The notes under the pieces were generated by a model. It did not search any database. It was not told the DNA's origin and saw only the letters and a list, made by a program, of their open reading frames with translations. A DNA stretch of 63,865 nt, counting the filler, from Octopus bimaculoides (Eukaryota): assembly GCF_001194135.2 (NCBI RefSeq). It is 5 parts of 4 records of this genome, joined end to end, with 100 filler letters (N's around TTAATTAATTAA, not from the genome) between each part and the next. Parts side by side here need not be neighbours in the genome. Positions count along the whole stretch, not along the records: positions 1 to 12,362 come from NC_068989.1; 4 more parts are not named here. One strand, 5' to 3'. Position 1 is the stretch's first letter; the number at the start of each line of letters is the position of its first letter. The translations under genes were made by a program, and so were the position numbers. Of the stretch, positions 1-12,362 are shown piece after piece.

Positions 1-43
<43 letters not shown>

Positions 44-62
44 GTGTGTGTGTGTGTGTGTG
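1..62. repeat. (TA)n followed by (GT)n microsatellite
   Basis: Pure dinucleotide arrays; similar arrays flank most gaps in the window. Confidence 0.95.
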
Positions 63-790
63 TATACGTATACACATACATGTATATATACATCATACAC
101 GTATATATTTACTTATGTATTCGGATGTGCATCTGTATATGAAGGGTGTGTATGTCTGCGTGCATACGCAAATACATGCGTATGGGCGTATACGTGTGTA
201 TATCCATGTGCACGTGCGTACGCACATATGTGCTAACCTTGTAGAAACAAATCTCTCTCTCACACATCGGCCAAGTTCGACGTAGCCAGAATCAAAGCAA
301 GCATCTGTCATGCAGCAGAGTTCTTCTTCTGCAATGAGGTTAGGAATCTACTTGTACTTCTAGACAAAGGCTATTTATAGACTAATGCGATGACGAACAT
401 CTTCGTCTGGTTATTTCCTGCTTCAGAGAGTAGTTTTTTTATGTCTTTCCTGTCGTTGTTACGCGCCTCTCAACGGGAAGCGAATGAATGATACAGCTCC
501 CAACGCACACGCGAACAAGTGCAATCACAGACGCGTACATGTGTGTGTGCGTGTGCGTGTCTGTGTGTGCGCGTATCTGTGTGTGCGCGTGTCTGTGTGT
601 GCGCGTGTCTGTGTATTTGTGTTTATAGGATACATGTATGTATACTATACAAATATGTTGTGTGTATATATGTGTGTGTATTATACGATATAAGATACAA
701 TATAATATGCATATACATAAATTTATATATGTATATATATATATATATATATACACATATGTATATATATCTACACATATGTATATATGC

Positions 791-1264
791 TTATTCCTTT
801 ATTCTTCTATTTGTTTCAGTCATTTGACTGCGGCCCTGCNNNNNNNNNNNNNNNNNNNNNNNNNNNNNNNNNNNNNNNNNNNNNNNNNNNNNNNNNNNNN
901 NNNNNNNNNNNNNNNNNNNNNNNNNNNNNNNNNNNNNNNNNNNNNNNNNNNNNNNNNNNNNNNNNNNNNNNNNNNNNNNNNNNNNNNNNNNNNNNNNNNN
1001 NNNNNNNNNNNNNNNNNNNNNNNNNNNNNNNNNNNNNNNNNNNNNNNNNNNNNNNNNNNNNNNNNNNNNNNNNNNNNNNNNNNNNNNNNNNNNNNNNNNN
1101 NNNNNNNNNNNNNNNNNNNNNNNNNNNNNNNNNNNNNNNNNNNNNNNNNNNNNNNNNNNNNNNNNNNNNNNNNNNNNNNNNNNNNNNNNNNNNNNNNNNN
1201 NNNNNNNNNNNNNNNNNNNNNNNNNNNNNNNNNNNNNNNNNNNNNNNNNNNNNNNNNNNNNNNN

Positions 1265-1301
<37 letters not shown>

Positions 1302-1422
1302 TGACAGGCTTCTTTCAGTTTCCCTCTAACAAATCCAGTCCCAAGAGGCTATAGTAGAAGACACTTGCCCAAGGTGCCACGCAGTGGAACTGAACCCAGA
1401 AGCATGTAGTTGCTAAGCAAAC
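791..1422 (-). mobile_element. tRNA/CORE-like SINE family D, interrupted by an N-gap
   Basis: TTGTTTCAGTCATTTGACTGCGGCC 3' end and ATAGTAGAAGACACTTGCCCAAGGTGCCACGCAGTGG head region, shared with copies at 10.3, 11.3, 21.1 and 32.0 kb. Confidence 0.8.
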
Positions 1423-1548
1423 TGTATATAAATATTATATACATATATACTATGCTTATATTTATAAAATATATATAAATGTATAATACAATATAATATA
1501 GTATAATATAATATAATTTAATATAATATAATATAATATATAAATTAT

Positions 1549-1885
1549 AGTAGTTGTATGCTGTCAACTTAATTTGAGACTCCCATAAAGGGAATAATAC
1601 TACTGTTGTTTAGACTTAGGAAGCTACACCGTTTCCTGTCAGCCTTGACACATTTCCTGTGTCCTTATATTTACAAGGGGGAGACAAGCACCTCCACCCA
1701 GCTAAGCCTGCATCCAGAGACATGTTTCTGAGTCTTTGCTCGCCACCAGTCTCCCCCTTGTAAACATAAGGACACAGGAAATCTGTGAAGGTCGACAGGA
1801 AGCGGTGTAGCTTCCTAATTCTAAACAACAGTAGTATTATTCCCTTCATGGGACTGTCACATTAAGTTGACAGCATACAACTACT
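1549..1885. mobile_element. Foldback MITE with 136-bp inverted arms
   Basis: 1550-1685 and 1749-1884 are reverse complements with 11 mismatches by manual alignment; 63-bp spacer; no clear TSD. Confidence 0.85.
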
Positions 1886-2224
1886 TGAACGTATCTCTAT
1901 ATAGATATATACTTGTCTGGTATGCCGTAGTGCTGCGTAATTGGTTACGGTGTATTGTGTCTCTGAACAAGATACTTCATTTCGAATCTTCTCAGCGGAA
2001 ATGAGTACAAACTGGATGCTGGTGAAGCCGTCGCTTGTTGTATCTATCGCATCCTGGATGTTCCCTTGGGCCAATCAATGATGGAAAGCCAAAGAGAATG
2101 TCTATCTATCCCTACTCTCCACCAAATGGATACCTAAAACAATCAGCGGCCAGCAGGAAAAATAAACTCAAAACATGAGTATATATATATATATAGTTCA
2201 AAAACACAATAACAAAAAAACAAA

Positions 2225-2386
2225 AAAACAACAAAGTGAGGACGTGATATGGATAGTATTATTGGACGCTCAGGAAAGGAAAGAGAGAGTGTATGACGTT
2301 TCGGGCGTAGCCCTTCGTCGGAAAGATGGAAAGTTCGGAGAATGGAAGAACGGAGAAAGAGGAAAATGGTACCGATGCCCACGAGG

Positions 2387-2388
<2 letters not shown>
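2225..2388 (-). mobile_element. Penelope-like pLTR fragment with degenerate minimal hammerhead motif
   Basis: Minus strand 2325-2291 reads ctttCCGACGA-A-GGGC-TAC-GCCC-GAAA-C-GTC-atac: hammerhead core order with 4-bp stem II and palindromic ACGT. Confidence 0.55.
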
Positions 2389-2426
<38 letters not shown>

Positions 2427-2829
2427 CATATACATTTATGCTTATGTCTATAAAACATATATAAATGTATATAAATACATATGCATATATGCTTANNNNN
2501 NNNNNNNNNNNNNNNNNNNNNNNNNNNNNNNNNNNNNNNNNNNNNNNNNNNNNNNNNNNNNNNNNNNNNNNNNNNNNNNNNNNNNNNNNNNNNNNNNNNN
2601 NNNNNNNNNNNNNNNNNNNNNNNNNNNNNNNNNNNNNNNNNNNNNNNNNNNNNNNNNNNNNNNNNNNNNNNNNNNNNNNNNNNNNNNNNNNNNNNNNNNN
2701 NNNNNNNNNNNNNNNNNNNNNNNNNNNNNNNNNNNNNNNNNNNNNNNNNNNNNNNNNNNNNNNNNNNNNNNNNNNNNNNNNNNNNNNNNNNNNNNNNNNN
2801 NNNNATATACAAACGCATATGTGCACGCG

Positions 2830-3060
2830 CGCCTGTATGTGTGTGTTTGTTCCCCACTATTGCTTAACAACAGGTGTTGTTTTGTTTACGATTTCACCAC
2901 TTAGCGGTTGGGCAGATCGTTAGAATAAATACTAGACTTTTAAAAAAAAAAAATATCAGTCAAGTAGTGGATTCGATTCGTTCGACAAAAAAACCTTCCA
3001 GGGTGTGTTCCAGCATGGCCACACTTTAATGACTCAAGCAAATGGAAGACAAAAGATGGC
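2830..3060 (+). mobile_element. Decayed SINE family D 3' half
   Basis: TTAGCGGTTGGGCAG...GTTCCAGCATGGCCACAC...TGACTCAAGCAA resembles the family D tail. Confidence 0.5.
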
Positions 3061-4047
3061 AGATGTCCCGCATTTTTTTTTTTTTACGGATAAATTTATA
3101 CAATTGATTGTCTATTTCATTTGGCAAGAGGTCACAAACTTGAAACGAAAGTATATAGTCAATAAAACCGAGTACCAGTTTATTACTGGTATTAATTTTT
3201 GCCTCCTTGAAGATATTAAAGGTAAAGCCAGTCCTGTGTAGTATTTGCAATCACAAAGTAAGTGAACATAGCTAAATACCGCAATGCTATATTTTTCGTT
3301 TTACGCTTTCTCCTACTCCAATACTTGCGTATATAGGCAAGTTATAAAACAGTATTGATTGGTTGGTGAAGTGAGCCAGTGTTACCTTCTAACAGATCGC
3401 TTCGTCCATTGCGGTTTAATATTATTGACCGTGTCTTTAGAAGCTCAGAATAAAAATAAAACACGTTACTTTCTGTCTATCTATCTGCAATATTTCTCTA
3501 GCTTAGTGGTTTATAACCTGGGAGTTTATAAACAGCTGGAGCCTAACCCTGATCCCTTGAAGACGGTTGTGAGATAAGAAAGGGGCGGCAAATATCAAGG
3601 GTGCAGCGGTCATATCTGGTTGAGGGTGGTGGGGTCTCAAAAGGAGTTATATGTTTTAGAAATAAAATATTTAAACCAGATAATATTTATATTATAAACG
3701 CATTAACAAAAATTTGGGGTCGGAATTAGAACATGGGTAACAACAAGATTGATGGGAAACTAATGCACAAAATTGGCTTCCAATTCGTTAAATTATGGGT
3801 TTTGTTTTTGAGACGAGGAACTATTCATTGGGGGTGAACCTTCGTAAAATTTTATCGATTTTCTTTTTTGGGAAAGGGTTGCTGAGCCACGTAAAGTTAA
3901 AAGTCCCTGTTCTATGCATCGGTGTGACCATCTCAACGAACAAACGCTGGTATCGATAGACGTGAGGGAAAATACCTCAGGGATTGTTCTGCATATAAAA
4001 TACACGTTCCTTAGTATTTCACATATGAATATAATGGGTTGATAAAA

Positions 4048-4371
4048 GGTGCACTCCGTCGGTTACGACGACGAGAGTCCCAGCTGGTACGATCAACGGA
4101 ACAGCCTGCTCATGAAATTAACGTGCAAGTGACTGAGCAATCCACAGACACGTGTACCCCTAACGTAGTTCTCAGGGAGATTCAGCGTGACACATAGCGT
4201 GACAAGGCTGGCCCTTTGAAATACAGGTACTACTCATTTTTGCCAGCTGAGTGGACTGGAGCAACGTGAAATAAAGTGTCTTGCTCAAGGACAAACGCGT
4301 CGCCGTGAATTGAACTCACGACCTCACGATCGTGAGCCGAATACCCTAACCACTAAGCCACGCGCCTTCAC
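4048..4371 (-). mobile_element. Full-length tRNA-derived SINE family B
   Basis: A-box-like TGGCTTAGTGG and B-box-like GAGTTCAATTC on minus strand; CORE-like TGTCCTTGAGCAAGACAC; 13-bp TSD TGGGTTGATAAAA at 4035-4047 and 4372-4384. Confidence 0.9.
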
Positions 4372-4769
4372 TGGGTTGATAAAAATTTAGACTAACTAAA
4401 GTTATCATTGTAATTTGCAGACAAGGACTTCTAAGGATGCTTAAAATTTGAAAGTAATAATCAAGGAGATAATTCCAATTATATAAACCAATAGGATTTT
4501 TTAGAAAAATGAAGACCATGTAGACGGGAATGGATACTGTTGTTGTTAAAAGCAGCGGTGAAAATAATGGACATATTTCGGTTTTATTAGATCTCATGAA
4601 CTATTAAAGGGCCTCCGTGGATGGTGGGGTGAGAGAAGAAAGTAAATTCAAAGAGGAGAGACAAGAGATAAATGAGAGAAGAAGGCTAGGAAAAAATCAC
4701 ACGTGGGTTACGGTCACATGTTCTACCACGAACACATTGGGACGCGCGCGCGCACACACACACACGGCG

Positions 4770-4990
4770 AATGCAAGAAAGACATGAGCAGTGAGAAGAT
4801 TCCAGAGGGCCGACGTTCTGTGGAGGAAGGACGAGGTGTAATGGTCAGCGCAGGACTTTGAACGCCACGTGGGCTTTGAGAGGAGAAGAGGCGAATCTGT
4901 TGAGAATATATAGGTGGGAGATGGAACGAGATCAACGAAATTCTGAAGAGCAGAAGCCACAATTACAAATGGTGTTACTCCTTGTAAGCA
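4770..4990 (-). mobile_element. CR1-group LINE 3' ORF2 fragment
   Basis: Peptide DHYTSSFLHRTSALWNLLTAHVF matches the CR1-type C-terminal SFFxRTxxLWNxLP motif. Confidence 0.65.
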
Positions 4991-5169
4991 GCAAATCTGT
5001 AAGACAAAAAAAAATCACCGATGATCTTTTCCAAATTGTGTTAACTGGGGCATTGTAGAATAAGTGACTCAGAAAAAGAATCAGAATTATGAGATAGGTA
5101 ATAGAACTGCTTCCCAGAGTGTTGTCCGCGGGTTCGAAATGTTGTCCTTCTACGTGACCGAGACCCTAC

Positions 5170-5480
5170 TTGTTGTTGTTTGGGACTCCGTCGCTTACGG
5201 CGTCGAGGGTTCCAGTTGATCTGATCAACGGAACAGCCTGCTCGTGAAATTAACGTGCAAGTGGCTGAGTACTCCACAGACACGTGTACCCTTAACATAG
5301 TTCCCGGGGATATTCAGCGTGACACAGTGTGACAAGGCTGGCCCTTAGAAATACAGGTACAACAGACACAGGAAGAAAGAGTGAGAGAAAGTTGCGGTGA
5401 AAGAGTACAGCAGGGTTCGCCACCATCCCCTGCCGGAGCCTCGTGAAGCTTTAGGTGTTTTCGCTCAATAAACACTCACA
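5170..5480 (-). mobile_element. SINE family A, 5' end lost in gap
   Basis: Near-identical to the full copy at 17348-17730 in reverse orientation. Confidence 0.9.
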
Positions 5481-5770
5481 NNNNNNNNNNNNNNNNNNNN
5501 NNNNNNNNNNNNNNNNNNNNNNNNNNNNNNNNNNNNNNNNNNNNNNNNNNNNNNNNNNNNNNNNNNNNNNNNNNNNNCGTTTCAAAGTAGAACGTCGTGA
5601 GATGCTGTTATCTAGTGATGGAAATGATGGGGTTACGCAGGGGCAGTAGGGGGAAGAATTACAGCGTCTAACTCTTCCCTTTCTTCCAACCTTCTTCAGC
5701 TTCATGGACCTGCTGTGATATTCCCTTTAAAACCTGTTCAACACTATGACAAATAAGAATTGTAGGGAAG

Positions 5771-5981
5771 GCGGCGAGGTGGCAGAAACGTTAGCGTGCC
5801 GGGAGAAATGCTTAGCGGCATTTCGTCTGTCTGCATGTTCTGAGTTCAAATTCCGCCGAGGTCGACTTTGTCTTTCAGCTTTTCGGGGTCGATAAATTAA
5901 GTACCAGTTGCGTACTGGAGTCGATCTAATCGACTGGCCCTACTCCCCCAAATTTCTGGCCTTGTGCCTGGAGTAGAAAAG
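5771..5981 (+). mobile_element. tRNA-derived SINE family E
   Basis: GGCGGCGAGGTGGCAGAAACG...GAGTTCAAATTCC box motifs; 19-bp TSD AATAAGAATT(G/C)TA(G/T)GGAAG at 5752-5770 and 5982-6000. Confidence 0.85.
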
Positions 5982-6489
5982 AATAAGAATTCTATGGAAG
6001 TAAATTATTTTAGTCTTCTCATAGATAAAAAAAGAAGAAAAGCAAAATAATTTTTTTTTAAATCACAACTATTGGAGGGGGGGCTAGTATTTATCATTTG
6101 TCTAATGTGTCTTTTTTCTTGTAATTGAGAAAATCTGACTGCTATTTCTAGCAAACCGAGTATCCCATAGCGAGTCCATAAGCAATGTATGCAATGACGC
6201 AGCAAGAGTTTGTGCCACTCGGTCCTTAAGCCCCTCCCTACGCACACATATGCACGGAAAATATTACATAATATCCATAGAAAGAAAATGCTGCCTCCAA
6301 AGTGTCCTTGTGTCAAATTCGATCAATAATTACTAGTTCTTACTATGTTATAAGGGAAATAACTCTATCTGAAAATTGCATCTAAATGACGAACATATTC
6401 TTAATGAAAATCTATAACGTGTGTAGTACGGGATCTGTAGCTCTAGCTACAGGGGGTTTTTTTTGCAATAATACACACGTGCATATATT

Positions 6490-7040
6490 TATCTGTTACT
6501 TGTTTCAGTCATTTGATTGCGGTCATGATGGAGCAATGCCGTGCAGAATTGTTTTGTCGGATGAGTCTAATCCAGCACTTAATTTTTTTTGCTAAGCCTG
6601 GTACTTATTCTACCGAACCGCTAGGTTACAAGGACGCCTACACACCAACACCGGTTGCCACGCGTTGGGTGTCTGTGTGACAAACACAGACGCACACACA
6701 CATATATATAAGATGTACTGGGGTAGATTCGTTTGAGTAATATTCTACAAGGCGGTGCTCCAACAAGGCCACAATCTAATATGATTAAACAAAAGATATA
6801 TATATATATATACACACACACACATCTGTATGTCTTTGTGTTTGTCCTTACCACCAGCACCACTGCTTCACAACTAACTGGTGTTGGTTTATTTCCGTCC
6901 CGTAGCAGAGATGTTCGACATAAGAAACCAATAAGTACCAAAATAAGTAATGGAGATGATTTGTCCGAAAAAAAAAAAGCATCCAGACTGGTGCCCCAGT
7001 ATGGCTGCAGACCAATGAGTGAAACAAGTAAAAGATAGAA
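6490..7040. mobile_element. Cluster of decayed family D SINE pieces in both orientations
   Basis: TTGTTTCAGTCATTTGATTGCGG at about 6500 (minus) and GCAGACCAATGAGTGAAACAAGTAAAAG at about 7010 (plus). Confidence 0.6.
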
Positions 7041-7679
7041 GATATAAAAAATAGCACTTAGACAGGATAATACCGTCAAAGACATTTAACTGCTGTCGAT
7101 CAATACATAAACTCTACGAGGCGATGTGTGGTGGTTCACCAAATGTGTTGATATATTGCAATCCACAGCTGAATTATTAATTAATTTCAACGATGCATGA
7201 AAGTTAATCGTACTTTCTATGTTCATCATATTATTATGCTGTCAGATCAATTTGTTCGTCTTTATATATATATATATATNNNNNNNNNNNNNNNNNNNNN
7301 NNNNNNNNNNNNNNNNNNNNNNNNNNNNNNNNNNNNNNNNNNNNNNNNNNNNNNNNNNNNNNNNNNNNNNNNNNNNNNNNNNNNNNNNNNNNNNNNNNNN
7401 NNNNNNNNNNNNNNNNNNNNNNNNNNNNNNNNNNNNNNNNNNNNNNNNNNNNNNNNNNNNNNNNNNNNNNNNNNNNNNNNNNNNNNNNNNNNNNNNNNNN
7501 NNNNNNNNNNNNNNNNNNNNNNNNNNNNNNNNNNNNNNNNNNNNNNNNNNNNNNNNNNNNNNNNNNNNNNNNNNNNNNNNNNNNNNNNNNNNNNNNNNNN
7601 NNNNNNNNNNNNNNNNNNNNNNNNNNNNNNNNNNNNNNNNNNNNNNNNNNNNNNNNNNNNNNNNNNNNNATATTACGAT

Positions 7680-8140
7680 CATATCAAAGTTTACGTTGGA
7701 AAAAAATAACTGATGAACTCGCATACAAACGTAACATAAATACTGATTCACATCACAAAATGAAACTTGGTCAGTATCTGTGTACGAGCCTACCATTTGT
7801 TTTTTTTTTTCAAGTTAAATTCTGGTGTAATCGTACTATACACCATCTGAAAAGTATTTACAGAAAATTTCAAAAAAAAAAAAATATCCATTTTTCGGAA
7901 AGTTATGAGGTAACAATACCAATTCGGGTGGATTTTTCTGAAATCATCTTCCTATCCGCGAAAAAAAAAAAAAAAAAAACATTTTCACAACAAATTTCGA
8001 TATATTCGGAATTTACACCACCTGAAGCATGTCTGTAGAAAATTTCATTTAAAAATATCCATTTTTCTGGAAGGAAACAAAGTCGGTGGGGATACATACT
8101 TGTGTGTATGCCAACAAATATCCTGTATGACATTTCTTTC
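7680..8140. repeat. Unclassified repeat with internal duplicated AAAATTTCA...AAAAATATCCATTTTTC unit
   Basis: Motif at about 7860-7900 recurs at about 8035-8070; typical of non-autonomous DNA elements, but termini not resolved. Confidence 0.3.
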
Positions 8141-8544
8141 AGTCAGTTAATCGATATTAATCGACATAAACGATTTTGCAACAAACTTGCAATTTCAAAG
8201 AAATCAATAAAAGTCTCCCAGTTTCATTTCATTACCGAGTTTAATTAATTAGTACTACAGAAAATTATTTTACTTTCATTTTATTGTATCGACCTCAGTG
8301 GTTTTAATTCCTGGATCATATCATAAAACCAAAACATCGTGTAATCAAGTAAGAAAACACGCCACTCGCGTTTATCCGGTTGGAGGAATAACTTGGAATT
8401 ATTGTAAATACAGCTGTTGAATAATCTTGAATGTGTACGAAACTATAAATTGTTGGAGAGCCATGGTCCGTGGAATTTTAGAGTTTCGTCCCTTGATGAA
8501 CACGTAGTCTGCGACGACGGCAGATTATGTTGAACTCCACTTTC

Positions 8545-8895
8545 ATTGTTTTGTTTCTCTCTGACATTGGACTGTGGTCATGCTAGGGAAACACACCGAC
8601 CCCAGTACTTACTATTTCTCAAGTTCGGTACTTATACCAAAGTTCTCTTTGCTGAACCGCTCGGTTACAGCAACGTTCTCAAGCGGCTGGAGAAGATGAG
8701 AGGTTGTTGGCACTCCGTCGCTTACGACGTCGAGGGTTCCAGTTGATCTGATCAACGGAACAGCCTGCTCATGAAATTATCGTGCAAGTGGCTGAGCACT
8801 CCATAGACACGTGTACCCTTAACGTAGTCCTCGGGGAGATTCAGCGTGACACAGAGTGTGACAAGGCTGGCCCCTTTGAATTACAGGTACAACAG
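8545..8895 (-). mobile_element. Decayed family D SINE abutting a family A SINE 3' end
   Basis: GTTGGCACTCCGTCGCTTACGACGTCGAGGG...TTACAGGTACAACAG matches family A; the preceding 160 bp matches family D. Confidence 0.75.
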
Positions 8896-9287
8896 NNNNN
8901 NNNNNNNNNNNNNNNNNNNNNNNNNNNNNNNNNNNNNNNNNNNNNNNNNNNNNNNNNNNNNNNNNNNNNNNNNNNNNNNNNNNNNNNNNNNNNNNNNNNN
9001 NNNNNNNNNNNNNNNNNNNNNNNNNNNNNNNNNNNNNNNNNNNNNNNNNNNNNNNNNNNNNNNNNNNNNNNNNNNNNNNNNNNNNNNNNNNNNNNNNNNN
9101 NNNNNNNNNNNNNNNNNNNNNNNNNNNNNNNNNNNNNNNNNNNNNNNNNNNNNNNNNNNNNNNNNNNNNNNNNNNNNNNNNNNNNNNNNNNNNNNNNNNN
9201 NNNNNNNNNNNNNNNNNNNNNNNNNNNNNNNNNNNNNNNNNNNNNNNNNNNNNNNNNNNNNNNNNNNNNNNNNNATTGATATCTCTC

Positions 9288-9330
<43 letters not shown>

Positions 9331-9337
9331 TAATAAT

Positions 9338-9625
9338 TAAAAACAGAAACAATTCCTATCATAGTAGGTGCCTTAGGTATAATAAAAAAATATTCAGACA
9401 AATACATAACAAAAACACCAGGACTTACAAATATATATAACATACAGAAAATTGCACTACTGGGTACTGCACACATTCTACGCAAAACACTTTCAATACA
9501 GTAAACATAAGAGCACCACAGCAAACCACAGCACATACCCAAGGCGCACAGAGCTGCGCTCGGTAGTGAAGTGAAAGCACTTTATAAAAATAAAACTACT
9601 GAACAATAATAATAATAATAATAAT
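9338..9625 (+). mobile_element. 5'-truncated R4/Dong-type (RLE) LINE 3' end
   Basis: Encodes KTETIPIIVGALGIIKKYSDKY...LQ/IQKIALLGTAHILRKTLSIQ; near-identical to 62409-62760; (TAA)n on both sides. Confidence 0.85.
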
Positions 9626-9634
9626 ATATAAATA

Positions 9635-9835
9635 TATGCATTTGCCTTTGTGTCCCCACCACCATCACTTGACAGCTTTTGTTGGTATATTTACCTCCCC
9701 ATAACTTAGCGGTTCGGCAAAAGAGACTGATAGAATATGCACTAAGTGTACAAACTTCTGGGGTTGATTTCTTCAACTAAAACCCATTAAGGCTGTGCTC
9801 CATCATGTCTTCAGTCTGAACCAAATAAAATAAAA
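9635..9835 (+). mobile_element. Decayed SINE family D 3' half
   Basis: AACTTAGCGGTTCGGCAAAAGAGACTGATAGAAT core. Confidence 0.65.
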
Positions 9836-9929
9836 GAAACAAATGAAAGGCCTAGGAAGACATGAGATGAGGCGGTGAAGCATGATCTTCGAATGCTGGG
9901 TCTCATTGAGGTGATGACAAGGGATTGAG

Positions 9930-10240
9930 ACCTTTGGCGATTTGCTGTGCATGAGAAGACTCATTAAGCCAAGTGAAATTGTAGTTACCGGTGTCGGTAA
10001 CATGTTAGAAGGCACTCGTGCCAGTGACATGAAGGTGGCACCCATGCTGGTGACTTGTAGAAGCACCCATTACACTTTTGTAGTTGTTGATGTTAGGAAG
10101 GGCCTCCAGCCATAGAAACCATGCCAAATCGGACTGGAACCTGGTACAGCTCTCCAGCTTACTTGTCCTGGTCAAGCCATCTAACCCATGCCAGCATGGA
10201 AAACAGATGCTAAATGATGATGATGATGATGATGATGATG
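9930..10240 (+). mobile_element. SINE-like family F with (GAT)n tail
   Basis: GTTAGGAAGGGCCTCCAGCCATAGAAACC...CCCATGCCAGCATGGAAAAC...(GAT)n; related decayed pieces near 30.3 and 30.8 kb. Confidence 0.55.
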
Positions 10241-10274
10241 TATTAGACCTTTTTTGTAGGTTTTTGTGATATTG

Positions 10275-10484
10275 TTACTCTTTTACGTCATTTGACTGTG
10301 GCCATGCTGGAGCACTGCCTTTAGTCGAGCAAATCGACCCCAGGACTTATTCTTTGTAAGGCTTGTACTTATTCTATCGGTCTCTTTTGCTGAACCGCTA
10401 AGCTACGGGGATATAAACACACCAGCATCGGTTGTGAAGTGATGTTGGGGGGACAAACACAGACACACAAACATATACACACAC

Positions 10485-10519
<35 letters not shown>

Positions 10520-10683
10520 CGATGGCTTCTTTCAGTTTCCGTCTACCAAATCCACTCACAAGGCTTTGGTTGGCCCGATGCTATAGTAGAAGACACTTGC
10601 CCAAGGTGACATGCAGTGGGACTGAACCCGGAACCATGTGGTTCGTAAGCAAGCTACTTACCACACAACCACTCCTACGCCTA
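10275..10683 (-). mobile_element. Full-length SINE family D
   Basis: Head TAGGCGTAGGAGTGGTTGTGTGGTAAG...GGTTCCGGGTTCAGTCCC, internal (TA)/(CA) tract, (GAGTAAAA)-like tail. Confidence 0.9.
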
Positions 10684-11337
10684 TGTTAGAAAAAAGTTTT
10701 AAATTAAATTAAATTATCATTTCATAATTTTTTTTTTGTCATATAAAAAGATGGACACATGTGACTGGAAAGATTGATAGTTCTTAAGTTTCTGTAGAAG
10801 GTCTTGGAAATTATTTGAATAATTTCTAAATTTTTACTTAATCATACAAAGTAAAGTTGGTTTGAAGTGTCTGTAATGACTTGTTCTTTTGAAAACATTT
10901 AACTGCAACAGGTGTTGAGGTTCCAGCTTGAGAATTTAGATGTTTTGAAGTAGTATAACCCCTTCAGTCACTTAGTTTAATATATTGGACAAGTTTGCAT
11001 CATAAATTACAAAACAAATATAAATTATAATTAAGCTGAGTCACAGTTACCAATTCATCGGACACCTCTAAAACTCATATATAACCAAGACCAAGTGATT
11101 CTGACTCAGTGTTTGCTCACAAGTCATAGAGGATGGCTGCATTTTCACGTAAATCTCACAGATGTAAGTAAATTGGTATTTTTTTTACCTAGTGTTAGCA
11201 TACTTTTTATTTATCCATGCCAAAAATTAAGCATATTGAATTTTGAACAATGTTTATAATTAAAAAAAAAAAAAGACTTCAATGTTTATTCAACGAAACA
11301 AACTTTTTTAGTCTGTCCAACAGATTGGACAACATGA

Positions 11338-11700
11338 CTTTTTACTCTTTTACTTGTTTCAGTCATTTGACTGTGGCCATGCTCGAGCAAATCGACCCCA
11401 GGACTTATTCTTTGTTAGCCTAGTACTTATTCTATCGTTCTCTTTTGCTGAACCGCTAGGTTACGAGGACGTAAACACACCAGCATCGGTTGTCAAGCGA
11501 TGTTGAGGGGGGGACAAACACACACACAACCATATACACACACATACATATATATATACATATATACGACTGGCTTCTTTCAGTTTCCGTCTACCAAATC
11601 CACTCACAAGGCTTTGGTTGGCCCGAGGCCATAGTAGAAAACACTTGCCCAAAGTGCCACGCAGTGGGACTGAACCCAGAACCATGTGGTTGGTATGAAA
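11338..11700 (-). mobile_element. SINE family D, slightly truncated
   Basis: Colinear with 10275-10683. Confidence 0.85.
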
Positions 11701-12362
11701 AATGTAAAAAAGCACTATATTTGAAGAGAGATACTACCTGTTTTGTATTGTATCATAAAAAGATTGAATAGTGCTGCCTAAGCAATATTGTCCAATATAT
11801 AGGACACTTTTGCTATCAGGTGTACAAATTTCTTTAAAAATTTACCCAGTGTGTTATTTACCTGTATTTTGGTATAAATAAAAAATGAAAATTAAAAAAT
11901 AGATATTCTTTTTTACCTGTGACTAAAGAGGATAGCGTTATCCCTTATCATCATTGCTCCTAGGTCTGTTCTCACCTGCAGTCAGTACCTGTCACAAACA
12001 CCCCCAATAATGCATCAATATAGCTGATGATGCTCTTGTGACAAAGACATATAGGACTCATAGAAGATTCCTTCAGGACTTATAGATCATAAGGAGTTCT
12101 ACTGATTCATTAGTGTGTGAACATGGCATGATGTCAAGTCAAATCAGTTCCTTTATTGAGGGTTAAATCAGCCCTCTGCTTCAAAGGTAAACTTGAGAGC
12201 TGGAGACGAGCAGAATAAACTGTAAATAAACCAGAAGGCAACTGTAAACCATATCTGTTATAATCTCTCACAAAAGAAGTCATGTATCAGACTTTTGCAG
12301 CATGGTCAATAACCTTGACGCCAGAGGGCATGGTACATGAAGAGAAAGAGAGGGATATATAT

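Noticed and set aside
245-338. Possible plus-strand exon AG...GAG|GTTAGG (NKSLSHTSAKFDVARIKAS...)
   Set aside because: No recognisable homology; weak splice sites expected by chance
11950-12310. Minus-strand FCSSPALKFTFE resembling Penelope RT, and a plus-strand CTGATGA
   Set aside because: Only a short motif; no YxDD in frame and no hammerhead stems
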